Source: Isurus oxyrinchus (taxonomy: Eukaryota). Taken from it: DNA of 64,000 nt. The DNA lies in NCBI GenBank assembly GCA_026770705.1, contig JANJGN010000008.1, forward strand, positions 137,082,001 through 137,146,000, given 5' to 3'. The notes under the pieces are model-generated. The model had not been told where the DNA came from. It did no database searches and was given only the letters and a program-made list of their open reading frames with translations. The stretch's first letter is position 1. Every line of letters begins with the position of its first letter. Below, piece after piece: positions 12,898 through 26,600 of this stretch. The position numbers were made by a program, and so were the translations under genes.

Positions 12898-13329
12898 TGT
12901 GTTTAGGCTAAGTTCCTTAAAACTAATGACTCAGCGATTTATATCTCAGCTTTGGAAAACAAGGAGAAATACTCTTTTGAAAGATGCTCTGTGCAGCCTG
13001 AAAGAACTAAACTTGGATATATCTCTATGACAAAAAGAACTTTAATAGTCAGTAACCAAAATGGGCACAGAGCAGGGAACTGACCCCAAAGATGTTGTAG
13101 CAGCTGCTGAGCTTTTGCCAAAACAACTTTGTGTCAATTCCAGTCCATCTTCAAAGTTAAGAAGTGACGTGCTTGCATGATTGTGTGAACCTTTGTACAA
13201 AGATTGTGTTCTTGCAGGGGATAAAGGAAACATTTACATAATTCCTTCTCTCTGAAGCATCCCAGATTAGAAGGTGCTCAGATGACTGTTATGTAGGCAA
13301 ACTCAACCAACATTTTACCCAGAGTAAGA

Positions 13330-13540
13330 TTAAACAAACAGATATGAGGTAAATGATTGTCTACCCCATGGTGATTTTAACTGAGAGGGAAATGTTGGCT
13401 AGAAGAACCTTTCCTGCGCTCTTTCCTATTCTTCAATTAGTGCTAGGGAGTCTTTAACTGAATAGGGAGCTTGTGCCTCCATTTAATCCTACATCGAAAG
13501 GCACACCTTTGACATTGCGGCATGATTTCATACTGCATTT
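13330..13540 (-). mobile_element. Old Deu-domain SINE fragment
   Basis: Reverse complement of the Deu core (atcgaaaggcacacctttgacattgcggc...atactgca). Confidence 0.5.
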
Positions 13541-15069
13541 TTAAAAAGTGTTCTGGAAAGAAGTGCCACTCATAATGTAAATTAATTTTGAAAGCTTATT
13601 ATTATTTTAATGTTACAACTGTGTTACAACCTTAGATTGCAATAAATGTCCTGGTGGATGTTCACAAAGCACCTGCATTTTAAGAGTTAACCAATCAAGC
13701 CTCAAACTTTGATAAACTATGGATCTATGCATTTAAGATTGAGAGGCTTCTGGGCCACGCTTGTCTCAGATTTCTGTTCATATGTGCAAATAGATATAAA
13801 AAATATTGCAATGCTTGGTGCTACAGCAACCCAATAACTTACGTTTGCATTATTTATTTTATTAGCTTTACATCTAGATACATATTTTCTGAACACATCA
13901 TACATTGTGTTTGCTAATGTTTGAGGGGCAAGTATGTCAGATTTTTTTGGCAAATTGTACATAACATTGTACATTGTTCCGATTTTCCCTCCCTCTCTTT
14001 GGGAAACTCCTTCAATATTTTACATATGTGGTTCCAAAAATATTTCATAGGCTGCAAAAGTGCTTTTGGACATCCTGAGTTGTGAAATGTGCTTCAGGTA
14101 TGCAAGACTTTCATTTTATATTGGGTACAGTGAAGACAAACTCACATCCTGCCATGTCATGGTGGTTTAAAAAGTCAACATGTTGTCATAAAAATTGAAG
14201 TCAAATGCAAATAAAAGAAAGAAAAAAAGCAAAATTTGCATTTATATAGAAAAAAGCATGATAATTAATATTAAGAGTTTTAACCTTGATACAAATAGCA
14301 AATTGTAAATAGCATTAACCTTGTCTCAGCTTCTCAAATATCTGAGGTGTTCAGCTTGCATTGATTTCATAACTTGTCCACGTATGGATCTAAGCAATGA
14401 CCTGACATACATGTATTATCATCAAGTTTTTTGGTGTATAGTCAATAATAATGTAAGCATTTCTGCAAGAATAGTTATATACGACTTTATTCTTCATCAT
14501 CATCATCCATTGCAAAAAATGGGTTCCATAATATGTGGCCTTGGCCAAAGCAAAATATCAACAAAAGTAATCATACTCAGGAAGCCCTTTTGTACATTCA
14601 GGAAACTTTTCAGAAAGACTTTCATCATCTTCTCGAAATTTCAGAACTCAGAGCTCTAATTAATTAGAACATTCTGTAACTGAAGGAAACAACTAACCAT
14701 TTTACCAGAACAGCTATATTTTCCCAAATGCAGTAAATGGCACATAGTTAATTACAATGTTTGTTGGCACTGAAAGGAGGTTGATTTTTATAAAATATCG
14801 GTGTGGCACTTACAGTAATACAGAAAGTGGAATTGTTCACTTGCCAAAATTCTCAGCAACATATAAATAATTCACTTGCTAAAAGGCATTCCTTTTGTGC
14901 TTTCTGCATTAGGATGGAAAATAATTGATAGTAGACAGTATTCTATTGCATACTAATAGAACAATGCTAAACACACAGCAATAGGTAATGCCTTAACCCA
15001 CTGTATACTTTTTGCTCTAAAGTCAATCCGGTACAGGCTCAAAAACAAAATACCTAGCATTTAAATTAT

Positions 15070-15420
15070 GCTTATGGGTATCATAGGCATAGGCAAAGAG
15101 GCCATTTGGCTTATCATGCCTGCAACAGTGCTAACTCCCCCTGGAGCTACATATTCTAATATAATTCCCTTTCTCTGCTCTTTTGTCATACCTTTTAGCA
15201 TTTTTCCTAATAACTTATCTAATTCCATGTTCAATTCTGTCATTGATTTGATTTCAATAGCCACTCACGGCAAAAGGGTTCAATATCCTTTTAACCATTT
15301 GCCTGAAAGATTCCTCTAAATGCTCCCTCTTCATTTCTCGTGCTAGTCCTAAATGATAAACTCCTGCTTTGTTACTAATTCACTGATTAGCAGGGATAAT
15401 CATCTCCTCTCTCAAACCCT
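15070..15420 (-). mobile_element. Old CR1 3' fragment
   Basis: gaggccatttggc tail motif and MAIEIKSMTELNMELDKLL ORF2 C-terminus relic. Confidence 0.55.
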
Positions 15421-15829
15421 TCTATTAGACCATTGCTCAGGTCACACAGGTCAGCAGCAGTCAAATCAAGCAAGATGATGTGTTCTTGACCCTATCCTAC
15501 TTCGTTTGGAAGTCCACACAGAAGAATCAAGCAATTAGGCCTCAAGGTGAACTCTTGCTTAATTGGACGACCAGGGCAAGTTAGGCACATGATCCTGCAG
15601 TTAAGTCTTCTGCCTTCTTTTTGGAACATTGAGGCAAGGATTGGCAACAGACATTTTTGTTTCTGTTCCTGGACAGCTACAGAGGGCTCTGGCCTTGGCA
15701 ACCATTGCTGCTACTGAAGGCCTCTCAGGCACATGGCAGTGAATGACTTTCTATCCTCACTCACTAGGCCTCATTAGGTTAGACCAAGGATGGGTCTAAC
15801 TTCAGGCTGTCAATGCACTACACAACTAA

Positions 15830-16165
15830 TGAACCACCTTTTATTTTGAAGTGTAATTACTGTTGCTATCAAAGCATTCACAGCAGCCGATTGGCATACA
15901 GCAATGAGCAGGTAATTTTTTTTTGGTGGTGATGGTTGAGGGATGTACATTAGCTAGAATAATTTGCCTGCTCTTTTTGAAATAATACCGTGGGTTTGTT
16001 TACTTCCAACAGGAGGGGACATCTGAGATCTCCCTGATAGCATTGCAGCCTCTCAATGTTGCATTGAAGTGTCAGCCTAGATTACATGTTAAAATCTGGC
16101 AATTGGGATTGTGCCTGTGACCTGCTAACTCAAGAACTCTAACTTCTAACTCAGCCAAACTGATT
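15830..16165 (-). mobile_element. Old Deu-domain SINE
   Basis: ttttgaagtgtaattactgttg...cagcaatg...gcattgaagtgtcagcctagatt, then a decayed tRNA-like head. Confidence 0.55.
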
Positions 16166-17257
16166 CTTAACCCTTGGCTTGTCTATAGCCTCCTGCATTA
16201 TTCTCACAGTGCCTGTGAATCAGCATGGATGTGGTGACGCCTTTGCACAAGGCCCTATAGTTTCATTTAAAGCATTTAACCGTTTTTTTTTCCCACACTA
16301 ATTACTTATTGATAACTGCTATCAGGATAATTGGTAATTATTATCAAGAGATTAAAATACAAATCTTGCTTCTTCATGCCCAGTTTAGTTCAATCTTAGA
16401 GTTGTCCCGCTGCAATTGGAATCAAATCAATTAGTTTCAACTGAGCATAGTAAAACAACAGCTTGCAATGATATTGCATCTTTTACATAATAAAACATTC
16501 AAGGGTGCTTATTACATAAGTAACACCTATGTTTTGAAGACGTTTTAATAGGAGATAGTGCTTCGCCATGGCTAGCTGACTTTGTGGTACACTAGAATAG
16601 ATTCTCGACTTTGCCATTGAGTTTTTAAAAATGTATTTAAGATTCACAAGGAAATATTATGCTGAGTGTGTATTGGAACAGATTTAGTTTTGCATTTAAT
16701 GGATGTGGGCCTTGCTGGCAAGGCCAGTATTTATTGAACATATCTAATTGACCTTGAGAAGCTGCTGGTAAGCTGATTTCTTGAACCACTGCAGTCCATG
16801 TGGTGAAGGTGCTCTCGCAGTGCTGTGAAATGGGAAGTTTCCAGGATTTTAGCCCAATGACGATAAAGGAACATGGATGTATTTTCAAGTCTGTGTGGTC
16901 TGTGACTTGCTATGCTGATGGTGGTGTCCCCATGCTCCTGCTGCCCTTGTCCTTTTAGGTGTTAGAGATCACAGGTTTTGGAAGTGCTGTCAAAGAAGCC
17001 TCAATAGGTTGCTGCAGGGCACCTATATGGTACACCCTTTAGCCACGGTGTGGTGGTGGCAGAGGAACAGATTGTTTAAGATGATAAATGAAATGCCAAT
17101 CAAGATAGCTGCTTTGTGTTGTGGATTGTGTTGAACTTCTTGAACATTGCCGAGCTGCACTCATCCAGGCAAGTGGGGAGTATCTCATCACACTCCTGAT
17201 TGTGCCTTATAGATATTGAAAAGCTTTAAGGAGTGAGGAGGTGAGATACCTGTTAGA

Positions 17258-17675
17258 ATCTACCTTTGGCACCCCATCCACAAATATTCACTCACTCTAC
17301 CACCATACACAGTGGCAGCATTGTGTAACATCTACGAGATGCACTGCAAAAACTCACCAAGCCTCCTTAGGCAGCACCTTCCAAGCCCACGACCACTACC
17401 ATCAAGAAGGGCAAGGGCAGCAGATAGATGAAAATTCACCACCTGAAAATTTCCCTCCAAGCCAAACACCATCCTTACGTGGAAATATGTCACTCACTGT
17501 CACTGGGTCAAGATCCTGGAACTCCCTTCCTAACAGCACTGTGAGGGGACCTACACCACATGGACAGCAACGGTTCAAGAAGGCAGCACTACCACCACAA
17601 GGGCAACTAGGGATGAGCAATAAATGTTGGCCTAACCAGTATCACCCATAACCCATGTATGAATTAAAAAAAAAT
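17258..17675 (+). mobile_element. 3' fragment of the same LINE family inserted in opposite orientation
   Basis: SWNSLPNSTV.GPTPHGQQRFKKAA and tail cccatgtatgaattaaaaaaaaa. Confidence 0.8.
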
Positions 17676-17764
17676 CCAAACTTTGATCTGGTCTCATAGC
17701 CAGAGCATTTATGTGGCTAATCCAGTTAAGTTTCAGGTTAATGGTGACCCCACGATTTTGATGA

Positions 17765-18120
17765 TATTAATATTTTTCAAGATATTAAGGAGAACAAGTA
17801 GGCAGACAAAGATAACCTATTTCTGTACATTGGGAAGTCTAGGAATAGGGGGCATAATCTAAAATTAGAGGCAGACCTTACAGGAGTGAAATTCAAAAAC
17901 ACTTCTACACACATGATCGTACAAGTTTAGAATCCACAAATGTCAATTGGTGAAAGATCAATTTTTAATTTTAAACTCGAGATTGATAGATTTTTGTTAA
18001 CCAATGACAGTAAAGGATATGGGGCAAAAGAAGGTATATCGAGTTAGCTTGCAGATCAACCATGACCTCACTGAATGTCAGAACAGGCTCAAGGGCCTAT
18101 TCCTGTTTCCATGTTCCTAT
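17765..18120 (+). mobile_element. CR1 3' fragment nested in LINE
   Basis: GKSRNRGHNLKIRGRPYRSEIQKHFYT and tail cctattcctgtttccatgttcctat. Confidence 0.75.
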
Positions 18121-20044
18121 TGAAAGTCATGAGGAGATGTTTAGATTCTCATTGGAGATGGCCTTTTCTTGGCAAATGTATTGCATGAATGTTATGTACC
18201 ACTTATGAGCACAGGTCTGGATGTTGACCAGGTCTTTATGCATGTGGTTATGTACTGCTTCATTATCTGAGGTATTATAAATGGTTTGGAACACTATTCA
18301 ATCATCGGCAAACATCTCTACTATTGACTTCGTGATGGAGGGAAGGCCATTGATGAAGTATCTGCAGTTGATTAGATCTAGGGCTTGCCTCAATGAACTC
18401 CAGCAGCGATGTCTCAGGGGTGAGATGGTTGGCCTCCAGCAACAATAACTCTCTTGCTTTGTGCAAAGTATGTCTCTAGCTAATAGAGGGGTGTCCCTCT
18501 GATCTCCATTAACTTCAATTTTACTAAGTGTGGACCACCCTGGGTCAAATGTTGCCTTGATGTCAAGAGCAGTCACTCTCATCCCATCTCTGGAACTTGG
18601 CTGTTTCGTCCCCATTTGGACTGAGGCTATAGTGAGGTCTGCAGTTGTCAGGTCCTGGCAGAATCCAAACCGAGCATTGGTGAGCAGTTCATTAGTGAGT
18701 GAATGCCGCCTGATAGCACTGTCAATGGCACTTTCCATCACTTTGCTGATGATTGAGAGTAGACTGATGGGGCAGTCCTATTTTTTGTGGGCAAGATATA
18801 GTTGAGCAACTTTCCACTTTGTCAGGTAGATACTAACGTATATGCTGTACTGGGAAAGCTTGGCTAGAGGACCGGCCTCTTCTGAAGCACAAAATTTTAG
18901 CTCCATAGGAGGGAAGTTGTCAGGACCCATAAGCCTTTGGTGTTGTCCATTGAATTCAGTTATTTTTTGATATCACATGGATTGGATTGAAATGGCTGCA
19001 GACTGGTATCTGTGATGGTGGGAACCTCAGGAGGAGGCCAAGATGGATCAGTCTGTCAGCAGTTCTGGCTGAAGATATTTTTGCAAGCTTCAGTCTCATC
19101 TTTTACATTTGTGCTGGACTTCACTATCATTAAGGGTGGAGATGTCCATAGAGTCTTCTCTTTTGGTTAGCTGTTTAATTGTCCAATCCCATTCACAACT
19201 GGACATGGTAGGTCTATAGAGCTTTGATCTTATCCATTGGTGTGGGTTCACTTGGCTGTGTTTATGGAATGCAGCTTCTGTGCATATAGCCCAATGTTGT
19301 TGTTTCTCCAGGTTGGCAGCTCATTTTCAAGTACACCTGATGCCACCCAGAGCATTCTCATCTACAGTCCTCATTGAACCAAGTTTGGTCCCTTAGCTTG
19401 ATCCTAGTTGTGTAATGAGGGCTTTGCTGTACCATGAGATTACAGATAGTAGTAGAATACACTTCTGCTGCTGCTGCTGGCTCTCAGTGCCTTGTGGATG
19501 CCCTCCACTTGTGGGACATGACCTACTCAGGAATGGTGATGGAGGAGTCTGGGACTTCGGTTGCTTGATATGATTCTATGAGTGTGACTATCTCAGATGT
19601 TGCATGACTAGTCTATGGGACAGTTCTCCCAATTTTGGAACAAATGTACAGAAGTTAGTGAGGAGGACTGTGCTGAGCTGACTGGACTGGGTGTATCTTT
19701 GTCACATCCAAATCTGGGTTGATGTTAGGTTATCCATCCAGTTTTATTATTCTTATGCCTTTTTGTAGCAGTTTGATACAACTGAGTGACTTACTAACCA
19801 TTTCAGAGAATAGTTAAGAGTCATCAAAATGCTGTGGTTCTGGAGTCACTGATAGTTCAGACAAGGTAAAGATGGTAGAGTTCCTTCCTTCAAGGCCTTA
19901 GTGAACCAGGTAGGTTATTTATGGCAATTTAATAGCTTCATGGTCACCAATATTCATACTAGTTTTTATTCCAGACGTTTTTTTTTAAGAAAGCTAGTAT
20001 CAAAAATAGTAGTATCAAAAATAGTAACTATGAAGTTTTATTTT

Positions 20045-22025
20045 ATTATTTCATGCTAAGTGAGCAATGCTGGCAAGGTCAGCATTTGTTGTCCACCTCT
20101 AATTATGAAGGTGGAAGTGAGCCGCCTTCTTGAACCACTGAACTCTATCTGGTGTAGGTACACCCACAGTGCTGCTATGAAGGGAGTTCCACGTTTTTGA
20201 CCCAGTGACAGTGAAGGAACAGTTCCAAGTCAGGATGATGTGGCTTGGAGGGGAACTTGCAGGTATTGGTGTTCCCAGACATCTGCCAAGCTTGTGGTAG
20301 AGGCCTCAGATTTGGAGGTGCCGCCGAAGGACCCTTAGTAAGTTGCCGAAGTGCATCTTATGGATGGTACACACTGCTGCCACTGTGTATTGGTGGTGGA
20401 GGCAATGAATGTTGAAGGTGGTGGATGGGGTGCCCATCAAGTTGGCTGCTTTGTCCTGGATGGTGTTGAGTGTTGTTGGAACTGCACTCATCCAGGTAAG
20501 TGGAGAGTATTCCTTTACATTTCTGACTTGTGCCTTGTAGATGGTGGACAGGCTTTGGCAAGTCAGGAGATGAGTTGCTCACCACAGAATTTCCAGCCCC
20601 TGATCTGTTCCTGTAGCCAAGGTATTTATATAGCTGGTCCAGTCAATTTTCTGGTCAATGGTAACTCACAGAATGTTGATGGTGGGTGTTCAAAGCTGGT
20701 AATGCTATTAAACATTAAGAGGAGATGCTTATAAGCTGTCCTGTTAGAGATGGTTTTTGCCTGGCACTTAGGTGGCATGAATGTTACTTGTCACTAATCA
20801 GCCCAAGCCTGAATGTTGTCCATGGCTTCTTGCATGCGGGCATGGACTGCTTTAGTATCTGGGGAGTCTTGGATTGTACTGAACATTGTACAATCAGCAG
20901 TGATCATCCCTATCTCTGATCTTATGATGGAGGCAAGGTTATTGGTGAATCTATTGAAGGTGGTTGGGCCTAGACCACTGCCTTGAGGAACTGCTGCAGC
21001 GATGTCCTTAAGCTGAGATGATTGGCCTCCAACAGCCACAAATCATTTTCTTTTGTGCTACATACAACTCCAACCAGTTGAGATTTTTCTCCCGATTCCC
21101 ATTGAATTTGATTTTGCTAGGACTTCTTGATGCCAAACTTGGTCTAATGTTGCCTTGATGTCAAGAGCAGTTACTTTCAATTCACCTCATCTCTGGAATT
21201 AAGCTATTTTTTTACATTGGGGACCAAGCTATGATGAGGTCTGGAGCTGCGTAGCCCAGGGGGAGCCCAAACTGAGCACCAGCGAGCATGTCATTGCTGA
21301 GTAAGTGCTGCTTTCTAGAACTGTCAATAACACCTTCCATTACTTTGTTGATGATTGATAGTAGACTGATGAGACAGTAATTGGCTGGATTGGATTTGTC
21401 CTGCAGGACATACCGGGGGAATTTTCCATTTTGTCAGGTAGATGCTAGTCTTGAAGTTGTGTTGGAAGACCTTGGTTAAAGGCACAGCTAATTCTGGAAC
21501 TCAAGTTTTCACTATTATTTCTGGGCTGTTGTAAGGGCCCATGGTCTTTATTGTATCCCCACTGCGCTCAGCTGATAACACATGGAGTGTATTGAATTGG
21601 CTTAACACTAGCACCTGTGATGGTGGGGCCCACAAGATATGGCCAAGTTGGATCACCTACTTGACACTTCTGGCTGGAGGTGGCTGCAAATGCTTGAGCC
21701 TTATGTTTTGCACTGACTAACCTATTGGCCTCCTCCATCATTGAGGATTGGAATGTTTGTGGAGCCTCCTCCTCTTGTTAGTTATTTAATTGCCCACCAC
21801 CATCAACTGAATATGGCAGGACTACAGAGCTTAGATCTAATCCATTGGTTATGGGGTCGCTTTGCTCTTACTATCACATGCTGTTTCTTCTGTTAGCATA
21901 CATGTAGTCCTGTGTTATAGCTTCACTAGGTTGACACCTTATTTTTAGGTATGCCTGGTGATGCTCCTGGCACACTCTCCTGCACTCTTCATTGAACAAG
22001 CGTTAATCCCCTCCTTAATGGTAAT
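20045..22025 (-). mobile_element. 5'-truncated jockey/CR1-group LINE
   Basis: ORF 20794..21039 VPQGSGLGP...ITADCT; same family as 16690-19985. Confidence 0.8.
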
Positions 22026-22626
22026 CATAAAGTCATGAAAACCTAACTGCTCCAAATGTCCAAAATTGGAATAAGCCATCCAAGTTGGGAGTTAATTCAC
22101 TTTAGGAAACCATGGGATTGTTTCCCAGCCTTCGGAGTTTAGGGTTATGAATAGTTCCTGGAACTGGGTTGGATGAGCTTTTCTCTGTACCTGGTTGTGT
22201 TGTGCCTCAATTAGGAGCACTTTATTTGGACAACAGGTCTCTCAAGTTATATGTTTAGCTTGACTATAATGTTACGCTGTAAAAAGAATCCTTTTTCCTT
22301 ATCATGCTGGTCTGTATGGTAATGTTAAATTTATAAGATGTGTTCGTTTCAGTTTGTGTCTAATTTGTAAAAAAGAAGAATGCAGAATATTCTGGGAATA
22401 TGTAGCAGTCCCATTAGTATATATCAAGTGAAAAGCTAATTTAATACTTTGGGTGTAATTCTTTTTAATTTGCACGACTCCATTCCATTTCTGATACCGT
22501 TCATATCAAAATGACAAGATGCCTCCTTGAGATCCAGTTTTAAATCTTCTGTGTCCTCATAATAATTATCATCTGAAAGCTAAACTTTTACCTGTTATAT
22601 TGCCTTGGCTATCAAAACAAATTTTT

Positions 22627-22980
22627 GGGGTCATAATTATGCACTACACTCATTTTCAATCACAAAACAACTGCAAAATGGACCAATTTTGCAGTGAGAT
22701 AGCCTGACCTCAATCTACACAGGTGTGGTTCCCACTACCAAGTTTGTGCCAGCCATTTTTTAGGCTTCTTGGTTCAGCCACATGCAGTGCCGATTCATGA
22801 CTCAAAAATGGACCAGATCTATATCAGCATCTCGGACTCAAAGAACAGACCAGTTCAGGTAGCTTCCAGCAGTCATGTACAAACAACTGGATATTAATGG
22901 AAATTAAAATCAGGTGAAGTGGATAATGGTCAGCTGAATTGGCATTGCCAGTTTTATCAGCCAAAGTCAACATTAACCCC
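22627..22980. mobile_element. Old MITE-like element
   Basis: Imperfect TIRs ggggtcataatt / acattaacccc. Confidence 0.35.
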
Positions 22981-23300
22981 AGTGTGTCCGTGCCAGTATT
23001 TAGCTCAAAGATTTCAAATTCCACCTTCTCCCCATTACCCCTAAATTGTCATCTGCTTCAAATAACGATCCAACTCTCTCTCTCTCAGATACAAATGTCT
23101 GGTGGCATTCTGCAAAAAGAATGTTTCCACAACCATTCTCCTTACTCTTTCAGTGACAAGTTTAAATTGTTAAACCCTTGTGACTGATTCCCCATGTGTT
23201 GTTCCCTGCTCAATCTGACCAAAATCATTCACAAGTATAAAGTTGAATCTCCTCTTCTCTACTTTCTTTTTTGCTTCATTGTAAATGGTTCCAGTTGCTT

Positions 23301-23536
23301 TGTCTTGCATTTGGGGTCTAGATGGGGTTTCTTTAGGGTTCGCCTGTTATACTAAGAATGCTACCATAAATTAATTCTTGTTCATTTACAGATCTAAGTA
23401 CTTCCCAGTTTTCTAGATGAGGTTGTACTTAGGCTTCCCACCAGATTGCAGTTACTTAATCATGTGACATTACATCATAGTTACATCTACAGTTGCATCA
23501 GTATAAGTGCTCCTGATGACAACCCTTTACACTGCA
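23301..23536 (-). repeat. 3' LTR of Gypsy element 1
   Basis: Direct repeat of 28393-28649 (ggggtctagat..., atgtgacatt.catcatagttacatc, ccctttac). Confidence 0.85.
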
Positions 23537-23649
23537 ACTCCCCCCAGGTTTTTATCCCAATTATATACATCCTTCTACATCTCCCCACCCCTCCCCCTCA
23601 AAGTCTCAGACTTTACAGGGTTAGTGTTTGAAGTGCCTTTAACAATCTC

Positions 23650-26600
23650 CCTGATCTGGTCCTCATTTCTAGGTTGAGGACAAGCTGCACTCTCTTGTTG
23701 TTCGGAGTGTCTTCCACCTGGGTGGTTGTAGAGTTTTTAGTTGTTTCTGGTTCCTCGTCTCCACTTGGTGTGTCCAAGGTTCTATTGTTTCCCTTCCCAA
23801 TGATATCAAGGCTTTTTGGTTCTTTCTAATATTTCCCTGGTCGGTTTCTGATTTTATACTATCTTGGTTGTGGAGCACTTTCTATTATCATGACATCCTT
23901 CTGTTGGTCTCTTTTCTACACTCTCTCCCTGAGCTGTAGCACTTTCAAGTCTCTTTCTCTGGGCCTGAAGTTGAAATGATGAGCTTGACTGCCTTTTTGT
24001 TGCTCCTCACACTGTTAGGCTGTAGTGTTTGTTGCAGAACTGGGAGTTATGTTCACAGCTTTCTTCCCATCAATAGTTCTGATGGTGAGAACCCATTTTT
24101 TAGTGGTAAGGCTCTGTACTAAAGAAGGGCTAAGTTAATACCTTTGTTCCTTTTCATCAATTCCTTGATTGTTCGAACTCCTCCTTCTGCTTTTCCATTT
24201 GGCTGAGGATATCTAGATGAACTAGTCATATACATGAAACCATATTCCTGTGCAAGGTTGTAGAACAGCCCATGAGTAAACTGAGGACCAATGTCTGACA
24301 CCATAATGGGTGGAATCATCCGTGCTCACTGGCGTTGGGCATGCTTGGTGATGCAAGTGGACAATATGGTGAGAAGGCCAAAAATCAGTTTCACAACATC
24401 GTGAAATCAGTTTGTGACTGTCCGCTCAGCTCATCGATGGCGGGCCGCATTTCCTGCCATTGGATATTGGGAACCTCATTGTAATACATCTGCATATCAT
24501 TACATGGATAGCCTGCCAGACTCATCCCTCCATGCTGGATCATCCATCCACATTGGTGTGATTGAATGCCAACATGTTTCACAACTGCACGTAAGTGAAG
24601 TGTACTTGGTGAGCTTCACTTTGCTCGGGGTGGTAACGTTGCTGCCCCTCCTGAGGCCAGAGCAATGGTAGTGGACATCATGGCAAGCCTCCACAGCATC
24701 CAAAAGGCACTCGATGGATGCATCACTAAACCTAGGGGCTGCAGTCTTCTTGCCTTTTGGGATCATGTCTTATTTGCAGCAGTCCTGGGCTGGAAGCACT
24801 GAGAGGTGCGCATGCGGCTGTGCTTTAAATATGGCACTTGGAATGATGAAGCAGTGAGGTGATGGCATGGCTGGTGAATTGGAGCCTGCTGCCTTGGAGA
24901 TGGCGTGTTTCCTGGGAATACATAATTAATGCAGCGGGTTTGTGACAATACAGTGTGAGAAGCCACCATTGCAGCTGGCAGGTAAAATGTTGTTCTACTC
25001 GCCCGCTGCAGTGTAAACCTGGGACAATTCTGCCCAATGTCTGGGGTGCCATATGTCGCAAGTGATGTAATGACTGCCTCTGCCGTGCAGCCAACCCACT
25101 TCAAACCATCTGGAGTAGTGATCACTGACAATGATGAAAACCTTGCCTATAAGCTCAAATAAATCCATTCCCAGGAACGTCCAAGGCTTCAAAAGAAAAG
25201 TAAAGGATGCCAGTGGTTTGCTTTGCTATTGGCTGTTCACGGCACACATAAGGCAATTTGAGATTAATTCTTAAATGGAGTGACTAATGCCTGGCCACCA
25301 GACTGACTGCTGGGCTCTTGCTCAGCATTTTGCTATCCCCAAGCGACTGTGATGGATTTTCTGCAGAATCTCAAGTGAAAGTGTTCTAGGCAAGACTGGC
25401 CTGTCCTTAAAAACTATGAAATCATCAATGATTGTGAGACATTTTCTCTATTTGAAGCATTGGCAAAGTATTGGGTTGTTAAGAGTATAAGCTGACTATA
25501 TGTTCTGGCAATATTCTTTTATTTGGACACATTCGTCATCCTGCTGTTGTTAACCTTAACCTTGCTTAACCTTTTGTAATCACTTTTCCATGACAGGTAA
25601 GTGTTTAGTATTGAGTGAAGTATATGCTTCCACGCCCTCAAAAAAATATAAATCTTTCAGGTTGACCCTTCCACTTGTATTCCTGATAATGCATCTGCTG
25701 TCGCCTGGTACTTTCCTTGCACATACTTAATGGCAGAATCATATCTCAAGTCTTACCCTAAAACATTGAAATCTAGGCAGCATTTTTGCAATATCCTTTA
25801 GGTAAAAAAAGTAACTGAAGGCTTCTAAATATTTTCAATCTTGCACCTTAATCCCATGATACAGTCAGCGAACTTCTGGCAGGTCCATGTAGCAGCTAAT
25901 GCTTCTTTCTCAATGTTGCATTCCTTTTCTCTTTGTCCATAAGAGACCTTGAGATGTAATAAACTGATCTTCTTTGTTCATCTTTTTGAACTTGAAACAA
26001 TGCTATACCCAAGCCTGTAGCTGACGCATTGGCTGCTAAAATTTTTGGCAACTCTGGATCGCAGTACACTAACATTTTTGGTAAATTAGGAGATTTTTGA
26101 TCACGTCGAAAGCATTTTGCTGGTCTGTGTTCCAGCACTACTGCTGACCTTATCTCAACAGTTGTCATAATGGCTTGTTGGTTTCCGCCAGGTTTGGTAG
26201 GCACTTGCTACTTGGATGACCATCCCAAGGAATCTTTGTAATTCTGGGATATTTTTAGGCTGTTGGGACTTTCTAATTGCCTTGGTTTGCTGCAGGTCAG
26301 CAGTACTTCCTGAAGTTTGCATAATGTGGCCTAAGAATTTTATCATAGGCTTTGCAAATTAACATTTGTTTACTGTCAAAGCTGCTTATTATATTACTTT
26401 GAGGACTGCTCTCCCTCGACAGTCATGTTCTTCTCTTGATGAACCATGTATGAGAATGTTGTCCATGACATATTACATTTTCCATGCCTTCCAGGGTCTG
26501 AGACATCATCCTTTGAAATTTGCAGGTGCAAAAACAATTCAAAATGGTAACCTTTATTAGCCAAACAGGGTGATAAAAGTAGCTCGTAATCAGTATTCTT

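Larger units (their letters stand above)
16690..19985 (-). mobile_element. Near full-length jockey/CR1-group LINE (single APE-RT ORF, decayed)
   Basis: ORF 18298..18741 (ARFGFCQD...VTALDIKATFD...EMFADD); APE N-terminus near 19560-19665; 3' tail ...cccacatcc; UTR-like region 19780-19985. Confidence 0.8.

Noticed and set aside
14321-14659. 112-aa plus-strand ORF
   Set aside because: TTG start, AT-rich composition, no motif or splice support
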